64,000 nt of DNA from Escherichia coli. Lineage in GTDB: Bacteria; Pseudomonadota; Gammaproteobacteria; Enterobacterales; Enterobacteriaceae. Positions within the stretch are counted from its first letter, which is position 1; each line of letters begins with the position of its first letter. A model generated the notes under the pieces. The model worked only from the letters and a program-made list of their open reading frames with translations, did not search any database and was not told the DNA's origin. Positions 32,231-43,549 of this stretch are shown here, piece after piece. Both the position numbers and the translations under genes were made by a program. The DNA lies in NCBI RefSeq assembly GCF_965641715.1, contig NZ_OZ282454.1; one strand, 5' to 3'.

Positions 32231-32698
32231 TCAGTCGTTTTCGTGTGTGTTGTTTTTCAGCAGGGTGCGGGCCTGATTAACCACCGCCTGACGGCGGGTA
32301 ACGCATTCCGGGACGGCGAGGCCGTAATCACGGGCGGCCCATTCACGTTTCCACAGTGCCTGTTCGGCGGTCTGAATCAGGGACGCCAGCAGTTCAGCCG
32401 GGACGGTCACCAGGCGGTTTTCTCTCACGTTATTGATGATCTCCATCGCCACGCCGGAAGATATACCGGATTCAGTCCGCTGGTCTTCCGGGATGTCCTC
32501 CAGACGCGCCAGGACGGTCCTGATTTCATGATCGGACAGGGAAATATCCATTCCGTCAGCGAGGGCCTGAATCTCTTCCGGGGACCAGATAACCAGCATC
32601 AACGGCGTGTCTCCCGGATACTTTGCTGCCAGCGCCCGGCACAGCGTTTCGCATGTTCCGTACATTCTCATCTCCTTCTCAGTCTTTAAAGCACGCAT
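32231..32698 (-). CDS. hypothetical protein, paralog of 29123-29542
   Basis: 155 aa; shared NRLVTVPAELL motif. Confidence 0.55.
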   Translation of the reverse strand: MRALKTEKEMRMYGTCETLCRALAAKYPGDTPLMLVIWSPEEIQALADGMDISLSDHEIRTVLARLEDIPEDQRTESGISSGVAMEIINNVRENRLVTVPAELLASLIQTAEQALWKREWAARDYGLAVPECVTRRQAVVNQARTLLKNNTHEND

Positions 32699-32900
32699 CC
32701 AGTTCCAGAATTTCGGTATATGCCTCCATCAGGAGGCGGTTTGCGCGAAACAACGTCTGACGCACCAGACGTTCCGGCAGGGTGTCAGCATTAAAGCTGT
32801 ACCGCCGCTCCATCTCATTCATGGTTGTACGCAGGTCGCACATGACATTGGCCACCTCCGCCACTTCGGCGCGAAGTATTTCGTGTCCGGCATAGTTCAT
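32679..32900 (-). CDS. hypothetical small protein
   Basis: 73 aa ORF, translationally coupled position. Confidence 0.4.
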   Translation of the reverse strand: MNYAGHEILRAEVAEVANVMCDLRTTMNEMERRYSFNADTLPERLVRQTLFRANRLLMEAYTEILELDACFKD

Positions 32901-33635
32901 TTACGCAGCCTCCGGCATAAACCAGTCATCATTCGCGGCCCCCTGCTGCATGGGCCGTTGCACGGCGGCAAGGCGTTGCTGCCCGGCACGGTGATACTGC
33001 TCAAGCAGCTCGATACCGATATACCGGCGTCCGGACTGGAGGGCGGCGACGCAGGTTGAGCCGCTGCCTGCAAACGGGTCCAGCACAATTGCGTTCGGGT
33101 GTGTGAAGCTCTCAATCAGCGGTTACAGGCTGGTAACGGGCTTTTCCGTCGGGTGATGGCGATTGCCCGAATATTTCCAGCCCAGCACGTCCGGCGGCGG
33201 GTTTTGTGGCAGACGTGGACGGCCTTTTGCCAGGATGTAGGCGCATTCGTGGCGATAGCCCACATATGCGGCCTTCGATGTGTAGTTTTTGGTGAAGACC
33301 AGGTGACCAACAACGCTGAATCCCGCATTTTTCCAGGCGGCCATAAAGCGATCGGCGCGGTTCCAGCCGTAGAAGCTGACCATCAGCGCATCTTTTTTGA
33401 GTACGCGGAACATTTCATTACAGGCCGGTTGCAGCCATTCATCGGTTTTATCGCCGGCAATGGTACGCCCTGAACGGTCACGGACCCCCACCAGGTAAGG
33501 CGGGTCGGTAAGTATGAGATCAATGGCGTTATCAGGGATACGGGCCATAACATCGATGCAGTTACCGAGGACAAAACGGGACATAACAACTGTATGAACG
33601 CATCCCCGTTTGCAAGGCATCCGTTGTTCTGACAT
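32901..33635 (-). pseudogene. beta-class DNA methyltransferase interrupted by in-frame ochre (TAA) at 33123-33125
   Basis: upstream ORF has DPPY and ...HHPTEKPVTSL; after TAA the same frame continues PLIESFTHPNAIVLDPFAGSGSTCVAALQ (motif I). Confidence 0.75.
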
Positions 33636-33699
33636 CGACGATTAGTTGCAGCTCTGTATCCGGCCTTATTGCAGCCAGAGCTGCGGGCCACTATGAGAT

Positions 33700-35200
33700 T
33701 CGCTGACCTGAGCCTTATTCTCCTTACGGACTTTATATCCCGGCTGTTATTCAGATTTATCAGGTCACGGTCTTACCTGTCGTTGTCATCACTCGGGCCG
33801 CCAGAGCAACCTTTCAGCATTCACCCTTTTGTTAAGAGTTCATTATTTATCGGTATCAGCGATTAATATGGTCTGATACTGACATGGTTCCTGTCATACT
33901 TACGGTCATGGGCAGCTATCGCCCATACTGTTCGTGCCAGCTTGTTTGCCATGGCGACGATAGCCACACTGGCTGGACGACGTTTTTTCAGTTCGGTTAT
34001 CCACGGACCAGGTTCTTTAGTCAGTAATGCTGCCGCCCTTGCGCCATGAATAAACAGGGTTCGCAGATATGTATCACCACGTTTGCTTATCCCCAGCAGG
34101 CGAATTTTCCCTCCTGAGCCAGTCTGTTTGGGCACCAGACCAACATAAGCCGCGAACTCTCGCCCTGATTTAAACGCTGATGCTTCCCCCATGGTGGCCA
34201 CCGCTGCCGTCGCAATAAGTGGCCCAACACCAGGAATATCCAGCAACCGCTTACAGGTCTCATTCTGTTTCGCCACGCTGGCAAGCTGTTTTTCGATGTC
34301 TTCTATCAGGGAGTCCAGCTCATTCAACCGCTTATACTGGTTTTTCAGTACCGTGATGAGATACGGTGGCAGTCTCTCTTTCATTCGTTCCAGTGCTTCA
34401 GGGAACTCCCGCTCCATTGCTGCCCGACCTTTGTGGATGGTTTCACCAAACTCCAGTAACGTCCCGTGTAGGGCGTTAATTTGTGCGATCCGGAACTTCA
34501 CCAGTTGCATGCGGGTACGGTGCAGAACCAGTACCGACTGCTGTTCTTCTGTTTTGACGGCAATTTCTTTACCGGGCTGCTGAACCGCCATCCAGATAGC
34601 CCGGGCATCCATCACGTCGTTCTTGTTTCCCATGACGAATGCCTTAACGAAGCGGGCCTGTAACAAGCGGACGTTATGCCCCAGCTTTGTCAGCTCCCGT
34701 GCCCAGTGCTGAGAGCCTCCACAGGCCTCCATACCAATCAGGCAGGGTTCCCGGTTGCTGAAATATTCAAGAAAATCTCTGCCACGAAGTTGCTTATCCA
34801 CCACTTCACCTGTGTTCTCATCAATGAAGTGAACCTGAATCAGATGTTTTGCGATATCAACGCCAACCGGTGTATATTTCATTTGTGGAGTCTCCAGTCT
34901 GAGGGAACTTTATGCATCCCGTATTGGGCACAATGATGCCGGAAATCTGCGAGGCTCCACACCTCTCTGATTTCCCCCTTTATTCATCACTGTGCTCCGG
35001 ATTTAATGTTGGGGGATGCGTTCATCTCATTCTCCTTCTCTTACAGAAGACACCGGGAGGGCCCCCCTGTGGTGCCCGTTCCCCGCTGCCTGTGGGTTGT
35101 TCACCGCGTCCGGTAACGGGTCAGGCCGACCGTGGAATATCGCAGCCGTCGTCTTTTTGACGGCGAGAATATGCCGTGAAAGCGGCTTGAAGGGCGTTCA
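33700..35200 (-). mobile_element. IS110-family element (boundaries approximate, not determined)
   Basis: transposase gene plus non-coding flanks; this family lacks clear terminal inverted repeats so ends cannot be fixed by eye. Confidence 0.3.
33863..34882 (-). CDS. IS110-family transposase/recombinase
   Basis: 339 aa; MEACGGS...NKND.MDA (DEDD N-terminal) and LLDIPGVGPLIA...GLVPKQ.GSGGK...GISKRGD C-terminal motifs. Confidence 0.85.
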   Translation of the reverse strand: MKYTPVGVDIAKHLIQVHFIDENTGEVVDKQLRGRDFLEYFSNREPCLIGMEACGGSQHWARELTKLGHNVRLLQARFVKAFVMGNKNDVMDARAIWMAVQQPGKEIAVKTEEQQSVLVLHRTRMQLVKFRIAQINALHGTLLEFGETIHKGRAAMEREFPEALERMKERLPPYLITVLKNQYKRLNELDSLIEDIEKQLASVAKQNETCKRLLDIPGVGPLIATAAVATMGEASAFKSGREFAAYVGLVPKQTGSGGKIRLLGISKRGDTYLRTLFIHGARAAALLTKEPGPWITELKKRRPASVAIVAMANKLARTVWAIAAHDRKYDRNHVSIRPY

Positions 35201-35408
35201 TCAGAAAAGGGCGACAGGCTGGCGTACACTGTCACCGACGCCAGCCGGAAGTGGTAAAGGCGCCCGTCCCGTGCCCGCCGGACGCGGGACACTGACCACA
35301 GGCAGCGTTTATGCCGCGCCGCGTCAGCCGGCGCAGTAAAAAGAGGAGCACGGCGACATCCTTTACCGGAAAAGAAACGGGCGGTTGCCCGCCCGTCTCC
35401 GTCATACT

Positions 35409-36035
35409 TCATCCGCCATAATGCACCACATTGTCGACTATCCACGCAGGTCCGGTGACTTCCGGCAGCTCATCGTCATCTGTCGGGGAAGACCATTCCA
35501 GTTCCCCCCACAGCACATCAACGAGCTCTCCGCGCTCATACAACTGCCAGCCACAGAAATCACAGCCCTGTTCGGCATACCAGTGCTCCAGCGTGCAGCT
35601 GAAACGGCGGCTTAATTCTGCAATAACGTCGCTTTCCGGCTGACACCACGGAGTGTCGAAATCAACCTGAATGAAGTTGTCTCCCTGACTACTGATATTC
35701 ACCTCATACCCCACAGGCCACTTCACGCCATACCGTTCCGTATACCAGTGATATGCAGAAGGAACACCGTTCAGAACACCACCGTTAAAGCCATTCACTT
35801 CAACATCCAGGCGGGTCGGCAGAACCGTCAGCAGGTCAAACGGCATGGTATTTTCCGGCAGTACGTTGTCACACAGACGGTTCCACCACACCGATACATC
35901 CTCGTTACTCCAGAAGCCACACCAGTCACCTCTTTTTGCGGTGAAAAGTGCGGTGATGGTATCCCTGACATCGTCCGGTAATCCTTCCCAGCGACGCTGT
36001 CCAGTACCGCTCTGCAGCCAGAGTTCATGCAGCAT
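35409..36035 (-). CDS. hypothetical acidic Trp/Cys-rich protein
   Basis: ORF 35409-36302; start placed at internal Met (MLHELW...) because upstream part overlaps umuD-like remnant on opposite strand; hairpin terminator after stop. Confidence 0.4.
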   Translation of the reverse strand: MLHELWLQSGTGQRRWEGLPDDVRDTITALFTAKRGDWCGFWSNEDVSVWWNRLCDNVLPENTMPFDLLTVLPTRLDVEVNGFNGGVLNGVPSAYHWYTERYGVKWPVGYEVNISSQGDNFIQVDFDTPWCQPESDVIAELSRRFSCTLEHWYAEQGCDFCGWQLYERGELVDVLWGELEWSSPTDDDELPEVTGPAWIVDNVVHYGG

Positions 36036-36094
36036 CAGGCAGTTTTGCTCATCCAGCAGTACACCGTCCTGCACAGCCAGCGGTGAATCGATGA

Positions 36095-36336
36095 ACCAGG
36101 CTGGCGTGCAGAATGGTGATCTGCTGGTAGTGGACAGGGCCGAAAAACCACAACACGGGGACATCGTTATCGCTGAGATCGACGGGGAGTTCACCGTCAA
36201 ACGACAGCTGTTGCGCCCACGCCCGGCACTGGAGCCGGTTTCAGACAGCCCGGAGTTCCGCACACTGTATCCGGAAAACATCTGTATTTTTGGTGTTGTC
36301 ACTCACGTGATACACAGGACGCGGGAGTTATGCTGA
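36095..36336 (+). pseudogene. UmuD/MucA-like (S24 peptidase) gene, 5'-truncated
   Basis: C-terminal part ...SGESM...GDLLVVDRA...HGDIVIAEIDGEFTVKRL...FGVVTHVIH matches UmuD'; N-terminal region absent. Confidence 0.6.
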
Positions 36337-37576
36337 TGTTTGCACTGGCTGATATCAACAGTTTCTACGCCTCATGTGAAAAAGTTTTCCGCCCGGACCT
36401 TCGCAACGAACCGGTCATCGTACTCAGCAATAACGATGGCTGTGTGATCGCGCGCAGCCCGGAGGCAAAAGCTCTTGGCATCAGAATGGGGCAGCCCTGG
36501 TTTCAGGTCAGACAAATGCACCTGGAGAAGAAAATACATGTATTTTCCAGCAATTATGCACTGTACCACAGCATGAGCCAACGGGTTATGGCTGTTCTGG
36601 AGTCGCTTTCTCCCGCAGTTGAGCCCTACTCAATTGATAAAATGTTCATTGATTTGCGGGGGGTGAACCGTTGCATCTCTCCGGAGGTTTTGGTCATCAG
36701 CTCAGGGAACAAGTAAAGAGCTGGACAGGACTCGCCATGGGGGTGGGCATTGCGCCTACAAAAACGCTGGCCAAAAGTGCACAGTGGGCAACAAAGCAAT
36801 GGCCACAGTTTTCCGGTGTGGTCGCGCTGACGGCAGAAAACCGTAATCGAACCTTCAAGTTACTGGGGCTGCAGCCTGTTGGTGAAGTCTGGGGAGTAGG
36901 ACGCAGACTGACGGAAAAGCTGAATGCGCAGGGTATTAACACAGCGCTGCAGCTGGCGCAGGCTAACACGGCATTCATCCGGAAAAACTTCAGCGTCATT
37001 CTTGAGCATACAGTACGCGAACTCAACGGCGAGTCCTGCATATCTCCGGAAGAAGCCCCACCGGCAAAACAGCAGATTGTCTGTAGTCGCAGTTTTGGTG
37101 AACGAATCACAGACAAAGATGCCATGCACCAGGCTGTTGTTCAGTATGCAGAGCGGGCCGCAGAGAAACTACGTGGGGAGCGTCAGTATTGCCGGCAGGT
37201 GGCGACATTTATACGAACGTCACCCTTTGCAGTGAAAGCCCCCTGTTACAGCAATTCCGCTGTGGAAAAGCTTCCATTGCCTACACAGGACAGCCGGGAC
37301 ATTATTGCCGCAGCATGCAGAGCGTTAAACCATGTCTGGCGTGAAGGGTACCGCTATATGAAGGCAGGAGTCATGCTGGCTGATTTCACACCATCGGGTA
37401 TAGCGCAGCCGGGATTATTTGATGAAATCCAGCCCCATAAAAACAGCGAAAAGTTAATGAAAACACTCGATGAACTGAACCAGTCGGGAAAAGGGAAAGT
37501 GTGGTTTGCGGGGCGAGGAACCGCCCCTGAATGGCAAATGAAACGGGAAATGTTGAGTCAGTGTTATATGTATTAG
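36330..37576 (+). pseudogene. UmuC/MucB-like Y-family polymerase gene, frameshifted at T4 run 36688-36691 and 3'-truncated by IS
   Basis: ORF 36330-36716 (LADINSFYASCE...) and ORF 36671-37576 are consecutive parts in different frames; C-terminus ends inside IS481-family left end. Confidence 0.8.
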
Positions 37577-38769
37577 TCGCGACTTGATCTGACACATGAC
37601 CTTGAAAGGTTGAGAGTTACCGGTTTTGATATGGGTGTCGAATCCTTATACAAAACACGAGGTAACTCTCATGCTTCATACTACCAATCCCGTCATCAAA
37701 CACAAAGCCGGTTTGCTCAATCTGGCTGAAGAACTCAGCAATGTATCAAAAGCCTGTAAAATCATGGGCGTTTCGCGTGATACATTTTATCGCTATCGCG
37801 AACTGGCCGATGAAGGCGGTGTGGATGCGCTGGTTAATCGTAGTCGCCGCGCCCCTAACCTTAAGAACCGTACCGATGAGCTAACTGAGCAGGCCGTTGT
37901 CGATTATGCCGTCGCTTTCCCGGCGCACGGTCAGCACCGGACCAGCAACGAGCTGCGCAAACAGGGCGTTTTTATCTCAGGAAGTGGTGTCCGTTCTGTC
38001 TGGCTGCGCCACAATCTTGAAAACTTCAAAAAGCGTCTGAAAGCACTGGAAGAAAAAGTGGCTCGTGATGGCATTGAACTGACCGACAGCCAAATAGCCG
38101 CGCTGGAACGTAAAGCCAGCGATGACGAGGCTTGTGGTGAAATTGAAACCGCCCATCCAGGTTATCTGGGTTCACAGGACACATTCTATGTCGGCAATCT
38201 GAAAGGTGTCGGGCGTATTTATCAGCAAACATTCGTTGATACCTACTCGAAGGTTGCTCATTGCAAGCTGTATGTCACCAAAACACCGATTACTGCGGCT
38301 GATTTACTGAATGATCGTGTGCTGCCGTTTTATGCGTCTCAGGGCCTGCCAGTGCTCAGAATACTGACAGACAGAGGCACAGAATATTGTGGCAAAGTGG
38401 AGCAGCATGATTACCAGCTTTATCTGGCAATAAATGACATCGACCACACAAAAACTAAAGCGATGTCACCGCAGACGAATGGTATCTGCGAACGGTTCCA
38501 CAGGACGATATTGCAGGAATTTTATCAGGTCGCGTTCCGCAAAAAGCTGTATGGCGAACTCGACACATTACAGTCGGATCTTGATGAATGGCTGGCTCAC
38601 TATAATAATGAGCGAACCCATCAGGGGAAAATGTGCTGTGGCCGGACGCCAATGGAAACGTTACTTGATGGAAAGCACATCTGGGCTGAGAAAAATTTAA
38701 GCCAGATGTAATCTGACAGATACCTGTATAAATAACCGGTAACTGTCAGATCAGGTCTGAGCTAATACA
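37569..38769 (+). mobile_element. IS481-family insertion sequence, copy 1 (ends plus/minus about 10 bp)
   Basis: ends TGTATTAGTCGCGAC...GAGCTAATACA; one DDE transposase ORF; identical copy inverted at 48591-49790. Confidence 0.75.
37626..38711 (+). CDS. IS481-family DDE transposase
   Basis: 361 aa; N-terminal HTH; integrase core with SPQTNGICERFHRTILQEF. Confidence 0.85.
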   Translation: MIWVSNPYTKHEVTLMLHTTNPVIKHKAGLLNLAEELSNVSKACKIMGVSRDTFYRYRELADEGGVDALVNRSRRAPNLKNRTDELTEQAVVDYAVAFPAHGQHRTSNELRKQGVFISGSGVRSVWLRHNLENFKKRLKALEEKVARDGIELTDSQIAALERKASDDEACGEIETAHPGYLGSQDTFYVGNLKGVGRIYQQTFVDTYSKVAHCKLYVTKTPITAADLLNDRVLPFYASQGLPVLRILTDRGTEYCGKVEQHDYQLYLAINDIDHTKTKAMSPQTNGICERFHRTILQEFYQVAFRKKLYGELDTLQSDLDEWLAHYNNERTHQGKMCCGRTPMETLLDGKHIWAEKNLSQM

Positions 38770-39016
38770 ATTTATCAGCCGATTTACACGCCATAGGTGA
38801 ATCATGTTGAACGACTATGGCTGTTACTTCACAACACAATAACGCGTAATCATCAGTGCTGCTCAATGTGGCAACTGTTGAAAGATGTTCGCCATTTTAT
38901 AGAAACCGTCAGCCCATTCTCCGGAGGCAAACATGGGCTGGCGAAAGTGTAGTGGTATTAGGCACAGCTACTGAGTACGGATTTAACTTCGTATTGGATT
39001 TTATTGCCTCTGTTTA

Positions 39017-39718
39017 TTATAAGTACATCTGTAATTTATAAATCTCACTAAGCTTTACAGACGGATAATAATAACCTTGCCCCCCCCACAGACTTACATC
39101 TCTAATTTTATCCAGAATATATTGTGATTCAATTCCCTCAGCTATTACTTTTGAACAATGAGTTGAAATGCGCTTTATAATTTCACTGAAGTATTCTTTA
39201 TTAAGCGTTCTATAAAGAAAGTCTTTATCAAGCTTAACCGCCCCAACATCTTGTAATTGAGATATATTTATTTTACAGTTGTCAGCACCAAAATCATCGA
39301 CCCATATATGATTTGTAATATTTAGTAGCTTATTAACAATAATTCTACTATTTTCATGAAAATACGGAAATGTTTCTGATATTTCAAGAGCAATGAAGTC
39401 ATTCTCAATTATAGTTTTCTGAAGTTCCTTACAGTTAAAGATAAAAATGCAAGTATCATAATCAATATTAATTGAGCAAATTAAATCATTTTTGATAAAA
39501 AATGATTTTTGTTCAGCTATGGATTTTATTTGTTGCTGTAGTATATTTATCTTCATTGCTGAAGATAACCTCAGAAATGTATGTTGTGTTGATAATTGCT
39601 CGCCGCTTTGTGTATAAAAGCGACTTAGTACTTCAACAGCAACTAACTTGTTGTTTTTTATATCAACAATTGGCTCAACAATAAAATAAACACCCAAAAT
39701 ACAGCTCCAGTTTATCAT
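39017..39718 (-). CDS. EAL-domain protein (c-di-GMP phosphodiesterase-like, possibly degenerate)
   Basis: 233 aa, AT-rich; EVL in place of EAL, DDFGADN, KLDKDFL, EGIES. Confidence 0.65.
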   Translation of the reverse strand: MINWSCILGVYFIVEPIVDIKNNKLVAVEVLSRFYTQSGEQLSTQHTFLRLSSAMKINILQQQIKSIAEQKSFFIKNDLICSINIDYDTCIFIFNCKELQKTIIENDFIALEISETFPYFHENSRIIVNKLLNITNHIWVDDFGADNCKINISQLQDVGAVKLDKDFLYRTLNKEYFSEIIKRISTHCSKVIAEGIESQYILDKIRDVSLWGGQGYYYPSVKLSEIYKLQMYL

Positions 39719-40776
39719 ATGCTCTCATGAAATACAGTCGACTGTATTTCATGAGTATGTGGTAGTGTTTGCTACGATTAGCATCACCATCTAAAGTGAT
39801 AATGCGTGATAAATAAAATATAAACCACATAAAAAAAACATCAATCATCACAATATAAATTAAATATTTTTAATTTAAAAATGATGTAATGACTATAGAT
39901 GACATTTGCTCACGACGCACTTATATAGCAAAATAAATTTGCTGAGTCACATATGTTACCCTTCTTTTTAGATCTAACCCTTGCTGGCTAAGGATATATA
40001 TTTAAAAACCGCACTTTTTTTAGTGCTCAGTTTTTAAATACTGAGTGGATATCCTGTCGCTCTATTTTTGAAGATTAATTGATCTTATTATCCCCACATC
40101 AAGAATAAAAAGCAATAACAAAACTGAACATTATGTGAACTCCCAAGGGTTTTGCCCCTCTTGTCCGATACGGCATGATGTAACATATCGAGAAAATACT
40201 CTATTCTTATCTGTACAAAACTTTGAGTGAAGAGCGGGAAATCACGGAGAAGTAGTTATCAAAATATAATACTGGGGGAATACTAACCGAACCATTATTT
40301 AGGCAGGATAACAAAAAATGCATGGGACGATACTTGACGAACAGGCATGGAGGGGTTCCTGTGTAATTGATTCCACAAATTATTAGATCAATAAGCTCTA
40401 TGCCTACCCCCCCCATTACAGGGATTCCTCAGCACAGCTGTAAGTTCGGACTATGGGTAAAAAAGATACCCGTCAGGTAACGAGCTAACGCATTAATCAT
40501 CAGATGAGCGAAGTATCGTTTATTGTAAGTATGACCGCCACCAGAATGAATATTCAGCCTGTAACGCATTCTGGCGAATAGTCGGCTTCGATACAGTAAA
40601 CGACTCATTTGATAACGATCTTTATCAATAACTCAATTTTATGAGGTAAAAAAAACAGCACCGTATCTGCTATTACAGAATGAAGAACATTAAATAAACC
40701 TGAGTTATTATCCAACGCGGAAAACCGCCAGTGCTGTAAAATTACCAATAAAACAACCAGCAAGTCACGATTCTTT

Positions 40777-41163
40777 TTATTTCTTATATTTTGACAACAT
40801 TAAAAAATTAATTATTAGCTTATTATGCGCCCCCTCTCTATCGACGTAGCACCCTCTGCACCAGAACTCCCTGTTCCTGTATTTGAATTTCAAATCCCCA
40901 AACTGCTCGTAAAGCATCCGACTGCTTTTCCCTTTCAGATATCCCATAAAGCCGGATACGCTCATTTTGGGCGGGCTCTCCACAAGCATATGGATATGAT
41001 CTACGCAGCATACAGTTTCCATAATCCGTACACTTTTCCACTCACACAGCTTTCTCAAAATACTGCCTATTGCTCTACGCCTCTCTCTGTAGAATACCTG
41101 TCTTCGGTATATTGGCGCAAAAACGATGTGATATTTACAGTTCCATTGGGTGTGCGTCCCCAT
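40777..41163 (-). CDS. IS200/IS605-family TnpA-like (Y1 transposase), possibly degenerate
   Basis: WNCKYHIVFAPIYRRQ...CCVDHIHMLVESPPKMSVSGFMGYLKGKSS...; C-terminus diverges. Confidence 0.6.
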   Translation of the reverse strand: MGTHTQWNCKYHIVFAPIYRRQVFYRERRRAIGSILRKLCEWKSVRIMETVCCVDHIHMLVESPPKMSVSGFMGYLKGKSSRMLYEQFGDLKFKYRNREFWCRGCYVDREGAHNKLIINFLMLSKYKK

Positions 41164-42567
41164 TGCCCCCCCCCCCTTCCTTTTGATTTCTTGTCTGACA
41201 CTTGCAGTTGCCAGACCGCAGGGTGTTTTAACAAATCAAAAGTTTTTTTCTGTGCACAAAAAAAAACCGCCATGCCAGGCGGTTTGAAGCATAAGAATAC
41301 ACATTTTATACTTTGAGGTGTCGGGTGCCTCCCGAAATACCCGCCCAAAGACAGATATTGTGATTCCCCCGCTAAACCACTATATAAACCACCCTCGCAC
41401 TGAGGAACACCTCTGTAGTGTTATTCACAACACAGAAATGCCACATCACCGACACTACCAGAAACAGGAGAATTCCACCAATAATGCAGCATTCCTGTAT
41501 TGTGAAATATTAATACTGCAACTATACCTGACTTGGTATCATAGTAAGATACACTTGTTATCCCGTCTGTCGACATGAAATAAAAAAGCATTACTACATC
41601 TTTACAACTTTTAAGGTTGATACTACCGATGGTTCATATTAAATCAAAAATATAATTAGTTATAATGTGTTAACATATGTATATATTTGTATCAGACATG
41701 TGCATTTTATTCCTCCTTCTACTGCTCTCGCATTGGATTTTGCAAAAAACACCATGAACATGAACCATTTGGGATTGCACTCATTCAATTCTCGCAATGA
41801 CAGAAGAGTCACTTCGGGTTAACCGGTATATTGAAATGCCATCAGAGAATATATTTTAAAAAAGAGATAGGCTTGAATATATGATTAACACAAGTTCTAA
41901 TTTTGAGATGTTCTTTGCTATGCTGGTACTCTGTTAGCGCCCCCTCAGGGAAAAATCGTTTTTATTCGGCAGAACATGGAGTCCGGCATCCACGTGTTCC
42001 ATGTGGCTCAGGTTTATGGTATTTGCCCCCCCCCCGTTGTTTAAATATCAGGAAGGAAATCCTATTGCTGTTGCCGCAGGTGAAGATGTCGTTCCTTCTT
42101 CAACTCTATAAAACAAATAAAAGAGTTACAGCCCATGATGAGCAAAAAAATGGCTAGTGAGATCTTCTCAAAGAATCAGTGGAGTACGCTTTGTCGCAAA
42201 AATGAATAGCACCGCCCTAGTTGCCAACGGACATTGAATAAACCCTAGTAAGCCGTATTCTGGGCGTGTAGCGCACACAACAAGTATAACGAATGAAAAT
42301 CTTGGTAAGAAGACAAATAAATGGTTCGTAAATGCAAAGCGCGTTTATAGAATAAAAGTATGCGAGCGTACGCCTATAGTCACGTTACTTTATAGAAAAG
42401 GTATCTGGGCAGAAAAAATCTGAACCAGATTTGAGACGGTACATAGATTTGTGTAATTGCCTGATTTTGATATGTTCAATCCAGCATCAAATGAAGGTTA
42501 ATTTATGACGAAAAACAGTTACAGGCTCTGGCTAACTAACTGGCCAAAAACCTCAATCCCCTTGAAG

Positions 42568-43300
<733 letters not shown>

Positions 43301-43549
43301 TCATGTTGGCGCGCGAATTGCGTCAGATTAAAAAAAAGGATAACGTCAGACCTCATCTTTTCAGAAAAAGATATCTTTTAGTCGCCACGACACAAGAAAA
43401 AAAACTATTATTATTAAGAATGTGTTTTGATTGTTACTATGGGTAAATAGTATTATCCAGAAAATTACCAACATATATTAAACATTTTTTTAAGATTTTA
43501 TTATATTATTTTCTGGTTATCTTGGATATTACATTATATAGGAGGGATT

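Noticed and set aside
36035-36302. N-terminal extension of ORF 35409-36302 (297 aa as listed)
   Set aside because: This part overlaps the umuD-like C-terminal coding region on the opposite strand and is Ser/Cys-rich; the gene more likely starts at the internal Met (36035).
36330-37576. Treating ORFs 36330-36716 and 36671-37576 as two separate genes
   Set aside because: They are consecutive segments of one UmuC-like protein in different frames; a single-base change in a T-run joins them.
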